A stretch of DNA of 64,000 bases, from positions 32,001 through 96,000 of the forward strand of contig JBGAON010000004.1 in NCBI GenBank assembly GCA_044221725.1, in the 5' to 3' direction. The position numbers were made by a program, and so were the translations under genes. This DNA comes from Elusimicrobiota bacterium. GTDB lineage: Bacteria > Elusimicrobiota > Elusimicrobia > F11. Within the stretch, counting starts at the first letter, position 1. Each line of letters starts with the position of its first letter. Below the pieces are notes generated by a model, which was given only the letters and a program-made list of their open reading frames with translations, ran no database searches and was not told the DNA's origin. Shown here piece after piece: positions 47,459 to 57,193 of this stretch.

Positions 47459-48948
47459 AGCGCCGGTGGATTTTATTTTTTGTTTTGTGCGCGCTCGCTC
47501 TCTACGGTAAATCCCTTCGCTACGAATTTGTTTACGACGATCATTGGCGAATTGAGAACAATCTCGCCATTCGAACACTGGCAAATCCCGGACGCTTTTT
47601 TACCGATCGAACCACCCAGTCCAGCTCCCCGGCGCTTCACCGCGACAGCCATCGTCCGTTAACCATTCTTTCGTTCGCTTTTGACTACGCGGTTTGGCGT
47701 TTGCGCGCCGGCGGGTACCGGCTAACCAATATCGTGCTGCATGGAATTAATTCTTACCTGGTCGCCCAGGTGGCCATCCAGCTGTTCGGACTTTCATTGC
47801 TGGGCGCGATTTTTGCGGGACTTTTGTTTCTTGTGCATCCGATCAACATTGAATCGGTTGCGTGGATCGTAGAGCGAACCAATGTTCTCGGTTTCTTTTT
47901 CGCGTGGATGGGAATTCTTGCCGCTATTCGATTTCTTGATCGCGGGAAAGAACGTTGGGCCTGGCTCATGCACGCGAGTCTTGTCGCAAGTTTGCTGTCC
48001 CGCGAGATTGCTGTCGTTCTGCCCGTACTTTTTTTGTTGATCGGCTTCTATTGGAAAACACGCACACAGCGCTGTTGGCCGAGCACAATTTATGTTCACG
48101 GCGCGTTGTTGGTGGGCGAGGTGATCGCGTTTTTGGCCTTCCGCTCGCATGTGATCGGACAAATCAAGATTTCCGAGATGTGGGGAGGCACGTGGTCCTT
48201 GAACATGGCCAACGTCGTGGCCATTTGGCCGCTTTATTTGCGGTCGCTCGTTTTTCCACATCCGCTGTGTGTCACGTACGGATGGTTGCCGGTGGCTGAG
48301 CGTTGGCTTTCTCTGCGCGTGGTGCTGGGGGTTGGCTTTCTTGTCGCGACAATGAGCGCGGCAATTTTTTACGCACGAAAAGACGCGCGCATTACCGTGT
48401 GTTTGATCGCCGTAGGACTATTTTGGCTTCCCGGGTCCAACATGATTCCGCTCACCACGTTGTTCGGTGAGCGGCTTCTTTATCCGGTTGTGCCGTGGGC
48501 GGCAACCATTGTGGCGTTCGCGCTGGAGATGCGCGGAACCGCTCGCTCGGCTGTCGCATTCGCACTGGTCGTGCTGCTCGCGTCGGTGACATGGCTTGAA
48601 CTGCCAACCTGGCAAAACGATTACACATTGTGGCGACACGCGGTGCACGTACGCCCCCAAAGTTGGTTTGCTTGGGCGTGCCTTGGCGATCAGCAGCGGC
48701 GCCGACTCGAGTACGTAGAAGCTAAAGAATCGTTTGAGCGGGCGTTGCATTTCCAGGTGCCTGTGGATTCTGCCGGTGCGATATTTTTTCAATTGGCGGA
48801 GACCCATTTGGATCTAAACGACCGTAAATCCGCGGACGTGATGGCGGCGCGCGCGTTACTGTTGCGCCCCGATCTGCGGGACAATTGGCAAAACGCGTTG
48901 CGCCGACGTCATTTGGTAACATCCTCGACGAGCCATGACCGCGCTTAA
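47455..48948 (+). CDS. TMTC-like GT-C membrane glycosyltransferase with C-terminal TPR
   Basis: FVYDD, HRPL, VHPINIESVAWIVER, GERLLYP, WQNDYTLW. Confidence 0.8.
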   Translation: MKRRWILFFVLCALALYGKSLRYEFVYDDHWRIENNLAIRTLANPGRFFTDRTTQSSSPALHRDSHRPLTILSFAFDYAVWRLRAGGYRLTNIVLHGINSYLVAQVAIQLFGLSLLGAIFAGLLFLVHPINIESVAWIVERTNVLGFFFAWMGILAAIRFLDRGKERWAWLMHASLVASLLSREIAVVLPVLFLLIGFYWKTRTQRCWPSTIYVHGALLVGEVIAFLAFRSHVIGQIKISEMWGGTWSLNMANVVAIWPLYLRSLVFPHPLCVTYGWLPVAERWLSLRVVLGVGFLVATMSAAIFYARKDARITVCLIAVGLFWLPGSNMIPLTTLFGERLLYPVVPWAATIVAFALEMRGTARSAVAFALVVLLASVTWLELPTWQNDYTLWRHAVHVRPQSWFAWACLGDQQRRRLEYVEAKESFERALHFQVPVDSAGAIFFQLAETHLDLNDRKSADVMAARALLLRPDLRDNWQNALRRRHLVTSSTSHDRA

Positions 48949-49636
48949 GCTTTTTCTGTTTGATTTGGATGGCACGCTCGTGTCGACGGGCGGCGCCGGT
49001 ATGCGGGCCCTTGGCCACGCGTTCAAACATCTGTACAACGCCCCCGACGCGCACAAGCGCGTTAATCCCAGCGGTAAAACGGATCCCGCCATTTTTCGCG
49101 AAATTGTCCGCGCTTTGCTCGACCGCGACGCGCTTCCGGATGAATTAACTCAAATTGCAGAGGTGTACTTGCATCATTTGGAAATCGAAATGAAAACGTC
49201 CAACACACGGTCGCTGAGAGGTGTCGAGGATTTTGTGAAAACGGTTCTCGGTCGATCAAATATTTTGGCGGGCCTGGGCACCGGGAATCTTGAAAGAGGC
49301 GCGCGGCTTAAACTGGCGCCCACCGCGCTGCACAATGTCTTCGGGTTTGGTGGATTTGGTTCCGATGCGGAAGACCGCGCGGAAGTGTTGAAATTTGGTC
49401 ATCGTCGTGCGGTTCAAAACGCAGGCCGTGACATTGCAGCCGAAGCGGTGTTCATTATTGGTGACACGCTGCTGGATGTGGCGGCAGCCAAACGCGCTGG
49501 ATTTCGATCCGTGGCTGTGGCGTCGGGCATTGTAAGTTTTGATGAGCTTAAAGCGGGTGCGCCCGACTTTCTGTTGCGCGATCTCACCGAAGGTCGTGAA
49601 CTGCTCGAAGCGTTGGTTGACGGTGCGCGGCCATGA
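48935..49636 (+). CDS. HAD-family hydrolase (phosphoglycolate phosphatase-like)
   Basis: LFDLDGTL, GKTD, TGN, IGDTLLDV. Confidence 0.9.
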   Translation: MTALKLFLFDLDGTLVSTGGAGMRALGHAFKHLYNAPDAHKRVNPSGKTDPAIFREIVRALLDRDALPDELTQIAEVYLHHLEIEMKTSNTRSLRGVEDFVKTVLGRSNILAGLGTGNLERGARLKLAPTALHNVFGFGGFGSDAEDRAEVLKFGHRRAVQNAGRDIAAEAVFIIGDTLLDVAAAKRAGFRSVAVASGIVSFDELKAGAPDFLLRDLTEGRELLEALVDGARP

Positions 49637-51954
49637 GCAAGCTAAATGAGTTCCTTTTGAACACGGGGCGCACGCTGGCACAGATGGCGCTTTATTCACC
49701 CGATCATCCGACCGTCAAAGGCGCGGTCGATGAATCCCACCGCATGCTCACCGAAATGTTGACCGACTCCTCTGAGCTTGTGATCGCGATGGACGGCGCC
49801 AAACTGATTGTAAATGGAAAAAACCCCACGGGCGCACCCGACGCGGCCGTCCGTCCGTTCCTGCAGCTGCTCAAGACGCACAACCTTCACTCGCTCACGT
49901 TTATTCGCGGTACCCCTCTCACGGAAATTGTTGCTTTCTTTCGTTTGGCGTCCGCGAACGATATGCGCAAAGCGAATTTGAAAGCGGCCGATTTCTTTGC
50001 CGCACAAAATGTCACCTACATCAAATTGAACGAAGCGCGTTACGAAAAAGTGGGCGAAGATGAAACGATCGGCCGAAAAGACGCGGAGGAGCTCAACAAT
50101 GGTGCCGGGTCTACGCGTGGCGCATTTGAAAACCTTTCGCTAAACGATTTGTTGAAAAAATTGATCGGCAAAGCGGTCACGGATCCAACCGACCGCGAAC
50201 ATATTTTTAACCGCGCATTGGAACTGGTGAAAAATCAAATTGATACGGCGATTGAGAAGGTCGTTGTGGAATTTAACCGAGAGAAAACGCGGCTCACAAA
50301 CGAGCAGGTGCGCACCGAAAATGTGATCGGCGAGATGGCGGAAGGCGTGGTGGTCGTGGACGATAGCGGCAAAGTGCTTATGATGAACGGCGCCGCCGAA
50401 GAAATTTACGGTGTGAAACTCGGTGAAAGTCTCGGCAAGCCGCTGTGGGAAGGCGTTCGAGAAGAACAGATGATCGCGTTAGCCAAAGATCTCACGATTC
50501 CGACCGATCGACCGCTGACCAAAGAAGTCCAGATTCTAGGTTCGCAACAGGCGAAAAAAACGTTACGCGCGAGCGCCGCTGCCGTTCAAGACACCAACGG
50601 ACGGCTCGTCGGTATGGTGTCCGTGTTGTCCGATGTGACGAAACAAAAAGAACTCACGCGCATGCAGAACGATTTTATGGCGAACGTCACGCATGATCTG
50701 CGCGCCCCGGTGCACGCGCTGAAACTTTCGGTCAACGCAATTCTCGAAGGTTCGGCGGGGCCTGTGACCGGTGAACAAGAAAAAATGCTGTCACTGGCCA
50801 CAAAGAACGTGGATCGCCTCGCCCGGCTCATCGACGATTTGTTGGACTTTTCAAAGCTGGAATCCGGAAAGGTAGAAATTCGGCCACAGGTCACGGAGCT
50901 CGTGCCGCTTTTGAAAGAGGCCGTCGCCAGTATGGAAACGTGGTCAAAAGCGCGCGGCATCATGGTCTCGTTTCAAGAGTTCGATAATGTGCTGCCGGTG
51001 TTTGCGGACGCGGACCGTATTCTTCAAGTTGTGAACAATCTTATTTCCAACGCGATCAAATTTACGCCGGCCGGGGGGCGCATCGTTGTTCGCGCGAAAC
51101 GCTTTGAAGAACCCGGGAAAAACACGGTTGTCGTTGAAGTTGAAGACAACGGTAATGGGATTTCGAAAGAAGATCAAAGGCGAATCTTCGATCGTTTCGT
51201 GCAGCTTAAGCCAAACGAAAAACTCGATATTCGCGGCACGGGACTCGGCCTCAGCATCTGCCAGGCGTTGATCGATTTGCACAAAGGAAAACTGTGGGTG
51301 CAGAGCCCGCCGCCAGCAAGTCCCAAAGGAACGTTGTTCTCGTTCTCCTTGCCGGCCGTGCAACGTTCGGCGGCGACGTTGCTTCAGGCTCCGGTCGAGC
51401 ACGAAAAAATGGCGACGTCCACCAAGCCGCAAAAAGAAAGTTTTTGGAAGAAATTCTTTCGACGCTTTTCTGTCATTTTGATTCTTACGGGCTTCCTTGC
51501 ACCGGTTTATGCGCGGCCCTATTGGGGGACGGTTCGGCGGGTGCTCGATGCAAACTTGATCCAATTGACCGATGGAACGCGCGTTCGTTATCTGGGCATC
51601 ATTGTGCCAGAGAAAGGGCGTGGTAGCTCGGCCGAAGCTATGGCCGCGAACCGTAACTGGGTCGAGAACAAAGAGGTTCGGTTCGAATACGGTCTCCAGG
51701 AACGGGACACCGACGGCGTTTGGCTTGCGTACGTGTTTGCTGACGGCGTGTTCGTGAACGAAGAGCTGGTGAAGCAAGGCCTGGCGCTTGTTTCGGCGTT
51801 GCCGAACGAAGAAAGCTATCTGCGTGACTTGATCGCGGCCGAAAAAGAAGCGCACGATCATCGGCGTGGGCAATGGCAAGATACGGCGCTCGAAACGTAC
51901 CCGGTGCGGATCCGTCGCTCGCAGCCGGACAAGATCCGAGCAGGGGATCAATGA
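49633..51954 (+). CDS. PAS histidine kinase fused via a hydrophobic segment to a degenerate thermonuclease (SNase) domain
   Basis: N-terminal LYSPDHP domain, PAS, H-box VTHDLRAP, NLISNAIKFT, DNGNG, GTGLGL; then SVILILTGFLAPVYA and VRRVLDANL..VRYLGI..LAYVF..VNEELVKQGLA..AEKEA..RGQW. Confidence 0.85.
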   Translation: MSKLNEFLLNTGRTLAQMALYSPDHPTVKGAVDESHRMLTEMLTDSSELVIAMDGAKLIVNGKNPTGAPDAAVRPFLQLLKTHNLHSLTFIRGTPLTEIVAFFRLASANDMRKANLKAADFFAAQNVTYIKLNEARYEKVGEDETIGRKDAEELNNGAGSTRGAFENLSLNDLLKKLIGKAVTDPTDREHIFNRALELVKNQIDTAIEKVVVEFNREKTRLTNEQVRTENVIGEMAEGVVVVDDSGKVLMMNGAAEEIYGVKLGESLGKPLWEGVREEQMIALAKDLTIPTDRPLTKEVQILGSQQAKKTLRASAAAVQDTNGRLVGMVSVLSDVTKQKELTRMQNDFMANVTHDLRAPVHALKLSVNAILEGSAGPVTGEQEKMLSLATKNVDRLARLIDDLLDFSKLESGKVEIRPQVTELVPLLKEAVASMETWSKARGIMVSFQEFDNVLPVFADADRILQVVNNLISNAIKFTPAGGRIVVRAKRFEEPGKNTVVVEVEDNGNGISKEDQRRIFDRFVQLKPNEKLDIRGTGLGLSICQALIDLHKGKLWVQSPPPASPKGTLFSFSLPAVQRSAATLLQAPVEHEKMATSTKPQKESFWKKFFRRFSVILILTGFLAPVYARPYWGTVRRVLDANLIQLTDGTRVRYLGIIVPEKGRGSSAEAMAANRNWVENKEVRFEYGLQERDTDGVWLAYVFADGVFVNEELVKQGLALVSALPNEESYLRDLIAAEKEAHDHRRGQWQDTALETYPVRIRRSQPDKIRAGDQ

Positions 51955-52838
51955 TCTCCGAACTTGCTGATCGCGCGGTTTGGTCACGTTCGCAGGTCGG
52001 GGCGCTCGCCGAATGTCCTCGCAAGTTCGCACTCAATTTGAAATCCGCGCGCGACGCGCAAATCGATCCGGTGTACACGCGTGCCGCGAAGCTTAAGAAG
52101 ATGAAAAACCGTCATTTGTGGGCAGCTTCCCTGGTTCATGATGCGGTTGGATCGCTGCTCAAGTCGCTTCGTCAGGGGAGCCCGTTGCCGGAAGCGGAAC
52201 CTTTTATCAACGATCTCAAAACCAAAATGCGGGATGAGTTTAAAGCATCGCGGGGCGGCGCAAACGAAGTGCAACGCTTGTTTGAGCACGAGCACAACAT
52301 CGCGGTGGCGCCCGACGTGTGGCGCGGGCATTGGAACACGGTGGAATCAAGCGTGCGTTGGTTTTATCAATCGAAATGGCTGACGCGTCTTTCGACGCTT
52401 GGGCCGGAGTGCTGGAAAGCCGTGGACGAATTGCTCGAGTTCGATGTGGCCGGCATCAAATCGTACGCGAAGATCGATTGCGCCGTGGAATCGGATGGAA
52501 AATTTTTCCTCATCGATTGGAAAACGTCGAATCCAACCGCAGACGCTGAACCATCATTGCTTGTGAGCGCGCTCTACGCGCACGAAGTATGGGGCGCGGA
52601 ACCCGATCAAATCAACGCTCTGGCCGTTTCGCTTGTGTCGGGCCAAACGTTTCACGCCGACGTGAACGAAGATTCGCTGATGAACACGCATCTGCGCATT
52701 GAAGAAGAGTCGGCCGCGCTTGAGCAAGCCAAAGCGAAATTCTCTGCGGATCCGTTCACGGCGGAAAAAATTTCGGACATAAATAAATGTCGCCGCTGCT
52801 CGTACCAAAAGCTGTGTTACCCCGAGGGTGTGCGATGA
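51951..52838 (+). CDS. PD-(D/E)XK nuclease (AddB/Cas4-like, four Cys)
   Basis: ECPRKF, KID..IDWKTS, CRRCSYQKLC; ATGA coupling at 51951. Confidence 0.85.
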   Translation: MISELADRAVWSRSQVGALAECPRKFALNLKSARDAQIDPVYTRAAKLKKMKNRHLWAASLVHDAVGSLLKSLRQGSPLPEAEPFINDLKTKMRDEFKASRGGANEVQRLFEHEHNIAVAPDVWRGHWNTVESSVRWFYQSKWLTRLSTLGPECWKAVDELLEFDVAGIKSYAKIDCAVESDGKFFLIDWKTSNPTADAEPSLLVSALYAHEVWGAEPDQINALAVSLVSGQTFHADVNEDSLMNTHLRIEEESAALEQAKAKFSADPFTAEKISDINKCRRCSYQKLCYPEGVR

Positions 52839-53491
52839 TGCCCGTGGGTTCGGTTGCGGCCGTGACGTCCGATGTGTTGCGCGCAACAACGTACGAAGAA
52901 TTTAAAACCAAGCTCATCGCGTCCAACTGTTCAAAGTGCCCGGAACTCTGTCAGAGCCGACACAATATCGTCGTGGACCGCGGAAATCCGCAAACGAAGG
53001 TTTTGGTCATCGGAGAGGCGCCCGGAGAAAATGAAGATTTGCAAGGTCGCGCGTTCGTGGGCCGCGCCGGTCAGTTGCTCGACAAAATTATGGCGTCCAT
53101 AGATTTGGATACAAACAACGACATGTTGATCGTAAACGTCGTAAAATGTCGGCCTCCGGAAAATCGCGCACCGAAGCCGGTGGAGGCCGACAATTGCAGA
53201 GCCTATCTGAAGTGGCAAATCGATTTTGTAAAGCCCGAGGTGGTGGTGCTCTTGGGCGCAACGGCCGCCAAACACTTGATGCCGGAGCAAAAAGGCCAAG
53301 GCATGAAAGAACGCGTTGGGCAATTGTTCGATCTTTCGACGTATCCCAACACCAAATTTTTATTGTTGTACCACCCGGCTTATTTGCTGAGAGATCCGCG
53401 AAAGAAACCCGAGATGTGGGAACATGTAAAAAAGCTCAAAGCGTATCTTGAGTCGAGAAAGGTAGCAGCCTTAGGAGGCTCCTCATCATGA
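52835..53491 (+). CDS. Family 4 uracil-DNA glycosylase
   Basis: CSKCPEL, IGEAPGENED, FVGRAG, NVVKCRPPENR, YHPAYLLR. Confidence 0.95.
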   Translation: MMPVGSVAAVTSDVLRATTYEEFKTKLIASNCSKCPELCQSRHNIVVDRGNPQTKVLVIGEAPGENEDLQGRAFVGRAGQLLDKIMASIDLDTNNDMLIVNVVKCRPPENRAPKPVEADNCRAYLKWQIDFVKPEVVVLLGATAAKHLMPEQKGQGMKERVGQLFDLSTYPNTKFLLLYHPAYLLRDPRKKPEMWEHVKKLKAYLESRKVAALGGSSS

Positions 53492-54000
53492 AAGCGCTAA
53501 CCGTCGATTGCGAACTTATTGCCCAGTCCATGCGCGACCTCTGTCGCGAATCCAACGAATACTTTTTCGACAAGAGCACGGGACGCGTTATCACGTTATC
53601 ACGGGGCCTCATGCGGGCGCTGGCCGATCGAAGCAACGATATTCAAGAAATTGTTCCGACATGGGAATCGCCGATGATTCCCATCGCGCGCGAGATTATA
53701 GTGCTGGGAAAAGTCGATTACGTTCGAATTCCGGAAGCGTTTGGTCGGCCCGAGCACCGCTGGATGCTGGAATTCTCGGGAACGGTTCGCGGGCAAAAAC
53801 TGAAACAGAAACTGATGTTGTCATTAAAAGGCCGCGAATCGTGCCAACGGTTCAAGGAGATTTTGAAGTCGCACACCGAAGAACAAAACCGGTGGTTCGT
53901 TTTTCGACAAGGAAAATGGGCCGAAGCCGTTCAGAAATGGCTCGAAGGCCACCGCATCCTCGCCATCGTTACGAAAACCATTAAACGCGCCGCTGCCTGA
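53488..54000 (+). CDS. UPF0158-like protein
   Basis: YFFDKSTGRV, YVRIP..WMLEF..LKGRESCQRFKEIL..W pattern. Confidence 0.75.
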   Translation: MKALTVDCELIAQSMRDLCRESNEYFFDKSTGRVITLSRGLMRALADRSNDIQEIVPTWESPMIPIAREIIVLGKVDYVRIPEAFGRPEHRWMLEFSGTVRGQKLKQKLMLSLKGRESCQRFKEILKSHTEEQNRWFVFRQGKWAEAVQKWLEGHRILAIVTKTIKRAAA

Positions 54001-55022
54001 AAATACTCGTTAGTCCCACCGCGTTCAAAGGAACGTTCACGCCCACCGAAGCCGCGAAAATCATCGCGCGCGCCGCGCGCCGCCGCTTTCCACGATCCGA
54101 AATTAAAATTTTACCGCTGGCGGACGGCGGTGACGGAACACTCGATGTGCTAGCCACCGCGCTCGGGGGAAAAGAAATTCGCACAACGGTCGAAGGCCCG
54201 CTCGGAAAAAAAGTGCGCGCCGCGTGGTCTGTTCTTGGCGATGGTCGAACGGCCGTGATCGAAATGGCGCGGGCCTCCGGCTTAGCGCTCGTGCACGGAA
54301 AAAACAAAATTATGGAAGCCACAAGCATCGGTACGGGCCAGTTGATTCAAGCAGCGCTCGCGAAAGGATGTCGGACCATTTATATTGGCGTTGGAGGAAC
54401 CGCGTGTTCCGATGGGGGGGCCGGTGCACTTGCTGCGTTGGGGTTCAGATATTTCGACAACCGCGGCACCGAACTCAGCGCGAATCCAAAAGAGTTGTTG
54501 CGGCTCGCCCGCATCGACCGAAAACATCTGGACGCGCGTTTAAAGCGCGCGCGGATTCATGTGTTATGCGACGTAACGAATCCGCTGCTCGGACCCCGGG
54601 GTTCCGCACGCACATACGGTCCTCAGAAAGGGGCGACGCCGGTTCAAGTTCGTTTGCTCGAGAAAATGTTGCGCCGCTGGTCAACGTTCGCGCGGCCGCG
54701 GTTAAAAAACAAGCCCGGTGTCGGAGCGGCGGGCGCGCTTGCGTTCGGATTGGTGGCGTTTGCAAATGCGACGCTTGTCGCGGGAACTCCTTTCGTGATG
54801 AAAAGGCTAAACTGGGCTCGAGCAGCGCGGGGCGCCGATATCATTTTCACCGGCGAAGGCCGGCTGGACAAGACCAGTTTGCAAGGGAAAGTGGCCGGTG
54901 AGATTTTGAAACGGCGCGGAAAATCGAAAGTTGTCGTCGTTTGTGGATCGAATCTTTTAACGCGCCGTCAAACAAAAGCCGCCGGTATCGATCAGTGTTT
55001 CACACTAAAGGAGTTTTTATGA
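53997..55022 (+). CDS. Glycerate kinase (GlxK/GarK family), probable CTG start
   Basis: (L)KILVSPTAFKG, PLADGGDGT, IEMARASGL, CDVTNPLLG, YGPQKGA, TGEGRLD; in-frame TAA at 53982. Confidence 0.88.
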   Translation: MKILVSPTAFKGTFTPTEAAKIIARAARRRFPRSEIKILPLADGGDGTLDVLATALGGKEIRTTVEGPLGKKVRAAWSVLGDGRTAVIEMARASGLALVHGKNKIMEATSIGTGQLIQAALAKGCRTIYIGVGGTACSDGGAGALAALGFRYFDNRGTELSANPKELLRLARIDRKHLDARLKRARIHVLCDVTNPLLGPRGSARTYGPQKGATPVQVRLLEKMLRRWSTFARPRLKNKPGVGAAGALAFGLVAFANATLVAGTPFVMKRLNWARAARGADIIFTGEGRLDKTSLQGKVAGEILKRRGKSKVVVVCGSNLLTRRQTKAAGIDQCFTLKEFL

Positions 55023-57193
55023 CAGTGCAGCCGTCCGCAGTAGCTCCCACTCAAGATTTGACACGCGTGTTATCGCCGCGGTCGGTCGCTGTGATTGGTG
55101 CTTCTCGAAAAGAAGGTTCGGTCGGAGAAGCGATTTTCAAAAATTTGCTGCGATCCGATTTCCAAGGCGTGCTTTATCCGGTGAACCCGAAGGCCAGTTC
55201 TTTGGGTGGCGTTAAATGTTACGCAAGCCTCTCGGAAATCAAAGAGCCGGTTGATTTGGCCATCCTTATTGTTCCCAACACGGTCGTCCCATCGGTTCTC
55301 GAAGAATGCGCGGCCGCTCATATTCCTGGCGCGGTTGTGGTTAGCGCGGGCTTTAAAGAAATCGGCGGGCGCGGCGTCGAGCTCGAAGAACAGGTAAAGA
55401 AAATTTCCGAGAAGAATGGTATTGCGCTCATCGGCCCCAATTGTCTCGGTTTTATTAACACGGATCCGCGCGTGCGTCTCAATGCCTCGTTCGCACAGAC
55501 GATGCCACGCGCCGGAAATATCGCTTTCATTTCGCAGAGCGGTGCGCTCTGTACAGCGGTGCTCGATTACGCGAAAGGCAAAGATATCGGCTTTTCAAAA
55601 TTCATCAGTATGGGCAACAAAGCCGTCACCAACGAGCTGGATTTTTTGCGCGCGCTGCGCGACGACCCGATGACCGATGTCATTCTCATGTATGTCGAAG
55701 ACATCGCCGACGGCCAAGAATTTATTCGGCTCGCACGCCATATCACCGGCGAAACTCACAAACCGAAACCCATCATTGCGATCAAATCCGGCCGCACCGC
55801 CGAAGGGGCCAAGGCGGCCTCGTCGCACACGGGCTCTCTCGCCGGATCCGATGATATTTACGATGCGGTGTTTTTGCAGTCGGGCGTGTTGCGCGTTGAA
55901 ACCGTCGAAGAACTTTTCGACACCGCGGTCGCTTTTTCGCAACAACCGTTGCCGAAAGGCAACCGCGTCGCAATCGTGACCAACGCCGGCGGGCCTGGCA
56001 TTATGGCGACGGACGCGGCGATCCGACATGGTTTGCAATTGGCAACACTGGAAACGGACACTGTTGAGCAATTGAAAAAGGAACTGCCGCTCACGGCGAA
56101 CGTGCACAATCCGGTGGACGTCATCGGCGACGCACGCCACGAACGTTACGAAGCGGCCATTCGTGCGGTCGCCAAAGATCCGAACGTGGACGGCATCGTC
56201 GTGATTCTCACGCCGCAAGCGATGACGGACGTTCGTGAGATTGGCGAAGTTGTCGCAAACGTGGCCGAGTCGATGAAAGTATCGCCGTGGTTGGCCAAGC
56301 CGCTCCTCGCAAGTTTTATGGGCATTGTGGACGTATCGGTCGGTGTTGCGCTTTTGGAAAAGGCGGGCGTTCCGCATTACACGTTTCCCGAAAGTGCCGT
56401 GCGCGCTCTCGCCCAAATGCACCGGTATCAAAAAGATTGGCTCGATCGCCCGCGAACGGAGGTGCGCACGTACCCGGTGCAAAAAGAGGTGGTTCAGAAA
56501 ATTTTTGAAAAGGTTCGCGCCGAAGGGCGCACCTATTTGCCGGAGATCGAGGCGCTGCAAGTTTTCCAGGCGTACGGTTTTCCAACGCTGAAAAGCAGAT
56601 TGGCCAAGACCGAAGAAGAAGCCATTCAGACCGCGAAAGAGTTTGGATTTCCGGTTGTTCTTAAGATTGCTTCTCCGGCCATCGTTCACAAATTGGACGC
56701 CGGCGGCGTTGTGGTAAACATTCAGGACGCGGCCGAATTGTCGCGCGCGTACCGAAAAATGATTAACACGGCCACGTTGTTGGTGGGCCAAGACAAAATT
56801 TGGGGCGTCGAAGTGCAACAAATGGCCGACAAAGGCATCGAAGTGTTCTTGGGATCGAAACACGATCCAAAGTTTGGTCCGGTCGTCGTGTTCGGGCTCG
56901 GTGGAACGTTTGTTGAGGTGTTCCGTGACGTTTCGTTCCGGATTGCGCCGATGCGCGAATGGACCACGCGAGCGATCATTGAGAAAAGCAAGGCTTACAA
57001 GATTTTGCAGGGTTATCGCGGTCAACCGGCCGACATTGCAAAGGTATCCGAATGTTTGGGGCGGCTTTCGCAACTCGTCGTTGATTTTCCGGAGATCGAA
57101 GAGCTCGACATTAATCCACTCGTCGTTTATCCGCTTGGGAACGGTGCGCGCGTGCTCGATGGTCGGATTGTGTTAAAACCGCAGAACAGTTAG
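55019..57193 (+). CDS. ADP-forming acetate/acyl-CoA ligase (fused alpha and beta subunits)
   Basis: VAVIGAS, IGPNCLG, ISQSGA, SSHTGSLAG, NPVDVIGDA, C-terminal ATP-grasp ELDINPL; no GNAT domain. Confidence 0.92.
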   Translation: MTVQPSAVAPTQDLTRVLSPRSVAVIGASRKEGSVGEAIFKNLLRSDFQGVLYPVNPKASSLGGVKCYASLSEIKEPVDLAILIVPNTVVPSVLEECAAAHIPGAVVVSAGFKEIGGRGVELEEQVKKISEKNGIALIGPNCLGFINTDPRVRLNASFAQTMPRAGNIAFISQSGALCTAVLDYAKGKDIGFSKFISMGNKAVTNELDFLRALRDDPMTDVILMYVEDIADGQEFIRLARHITGETHKPKPIIAIKSGRTAEGAKAASSHTGSLAGSDDIYDAVFLQSGVLRVETVEELFDTAVAFSQQPLPKGNRVAIVTNAGGPGIMATDAAIRHGLQLATLETDTVEQLKKELPLTANVHNPVDVIGDARHERYEAAIRAVAKDPNVDGIVVILTPQAMTDVREIGEVVANVAESMKVSPWLAKPLLASFMGIVDVSVGVALLEKAGVPHYTFPESAVRALAQMHRYQKDWLDRPRTEVRTYPVQKEVVQKIFEKVRAEGRTYLPEIEALQVFQAYGFPTLKSRLAKTEEEAIQTAKEFGFPVVLKIASPAIVHKLDAGGVVVNIQDAAELSRAYRKMINTATLLVGQDKIWGVEVQQMADKGIEVFLGSKHDPKFGPVVVFGLGGTFVEVFRDVSFRIAPMREWTTRAIIEKSKAYKILQGYRGQPADIAKVSECLGRLSQLVVDFPEIEELDINPLVVYPLGNGARVLDGRIVLKPQNS

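Noticed and set aside
51951..52838. Cas4 of a CRISPR-Cas system
   Set aside because: No cas1, cas2 or array in the window; treated as a solo PD-(D/E)XK nuclease.
55595..57073. Long antisense ORFs (492 aa here; also 50944-52032, 19073-20065, 35763-36647)
   Set aside because: Shadows of well-supported genes on the opposite strand; no motifs.
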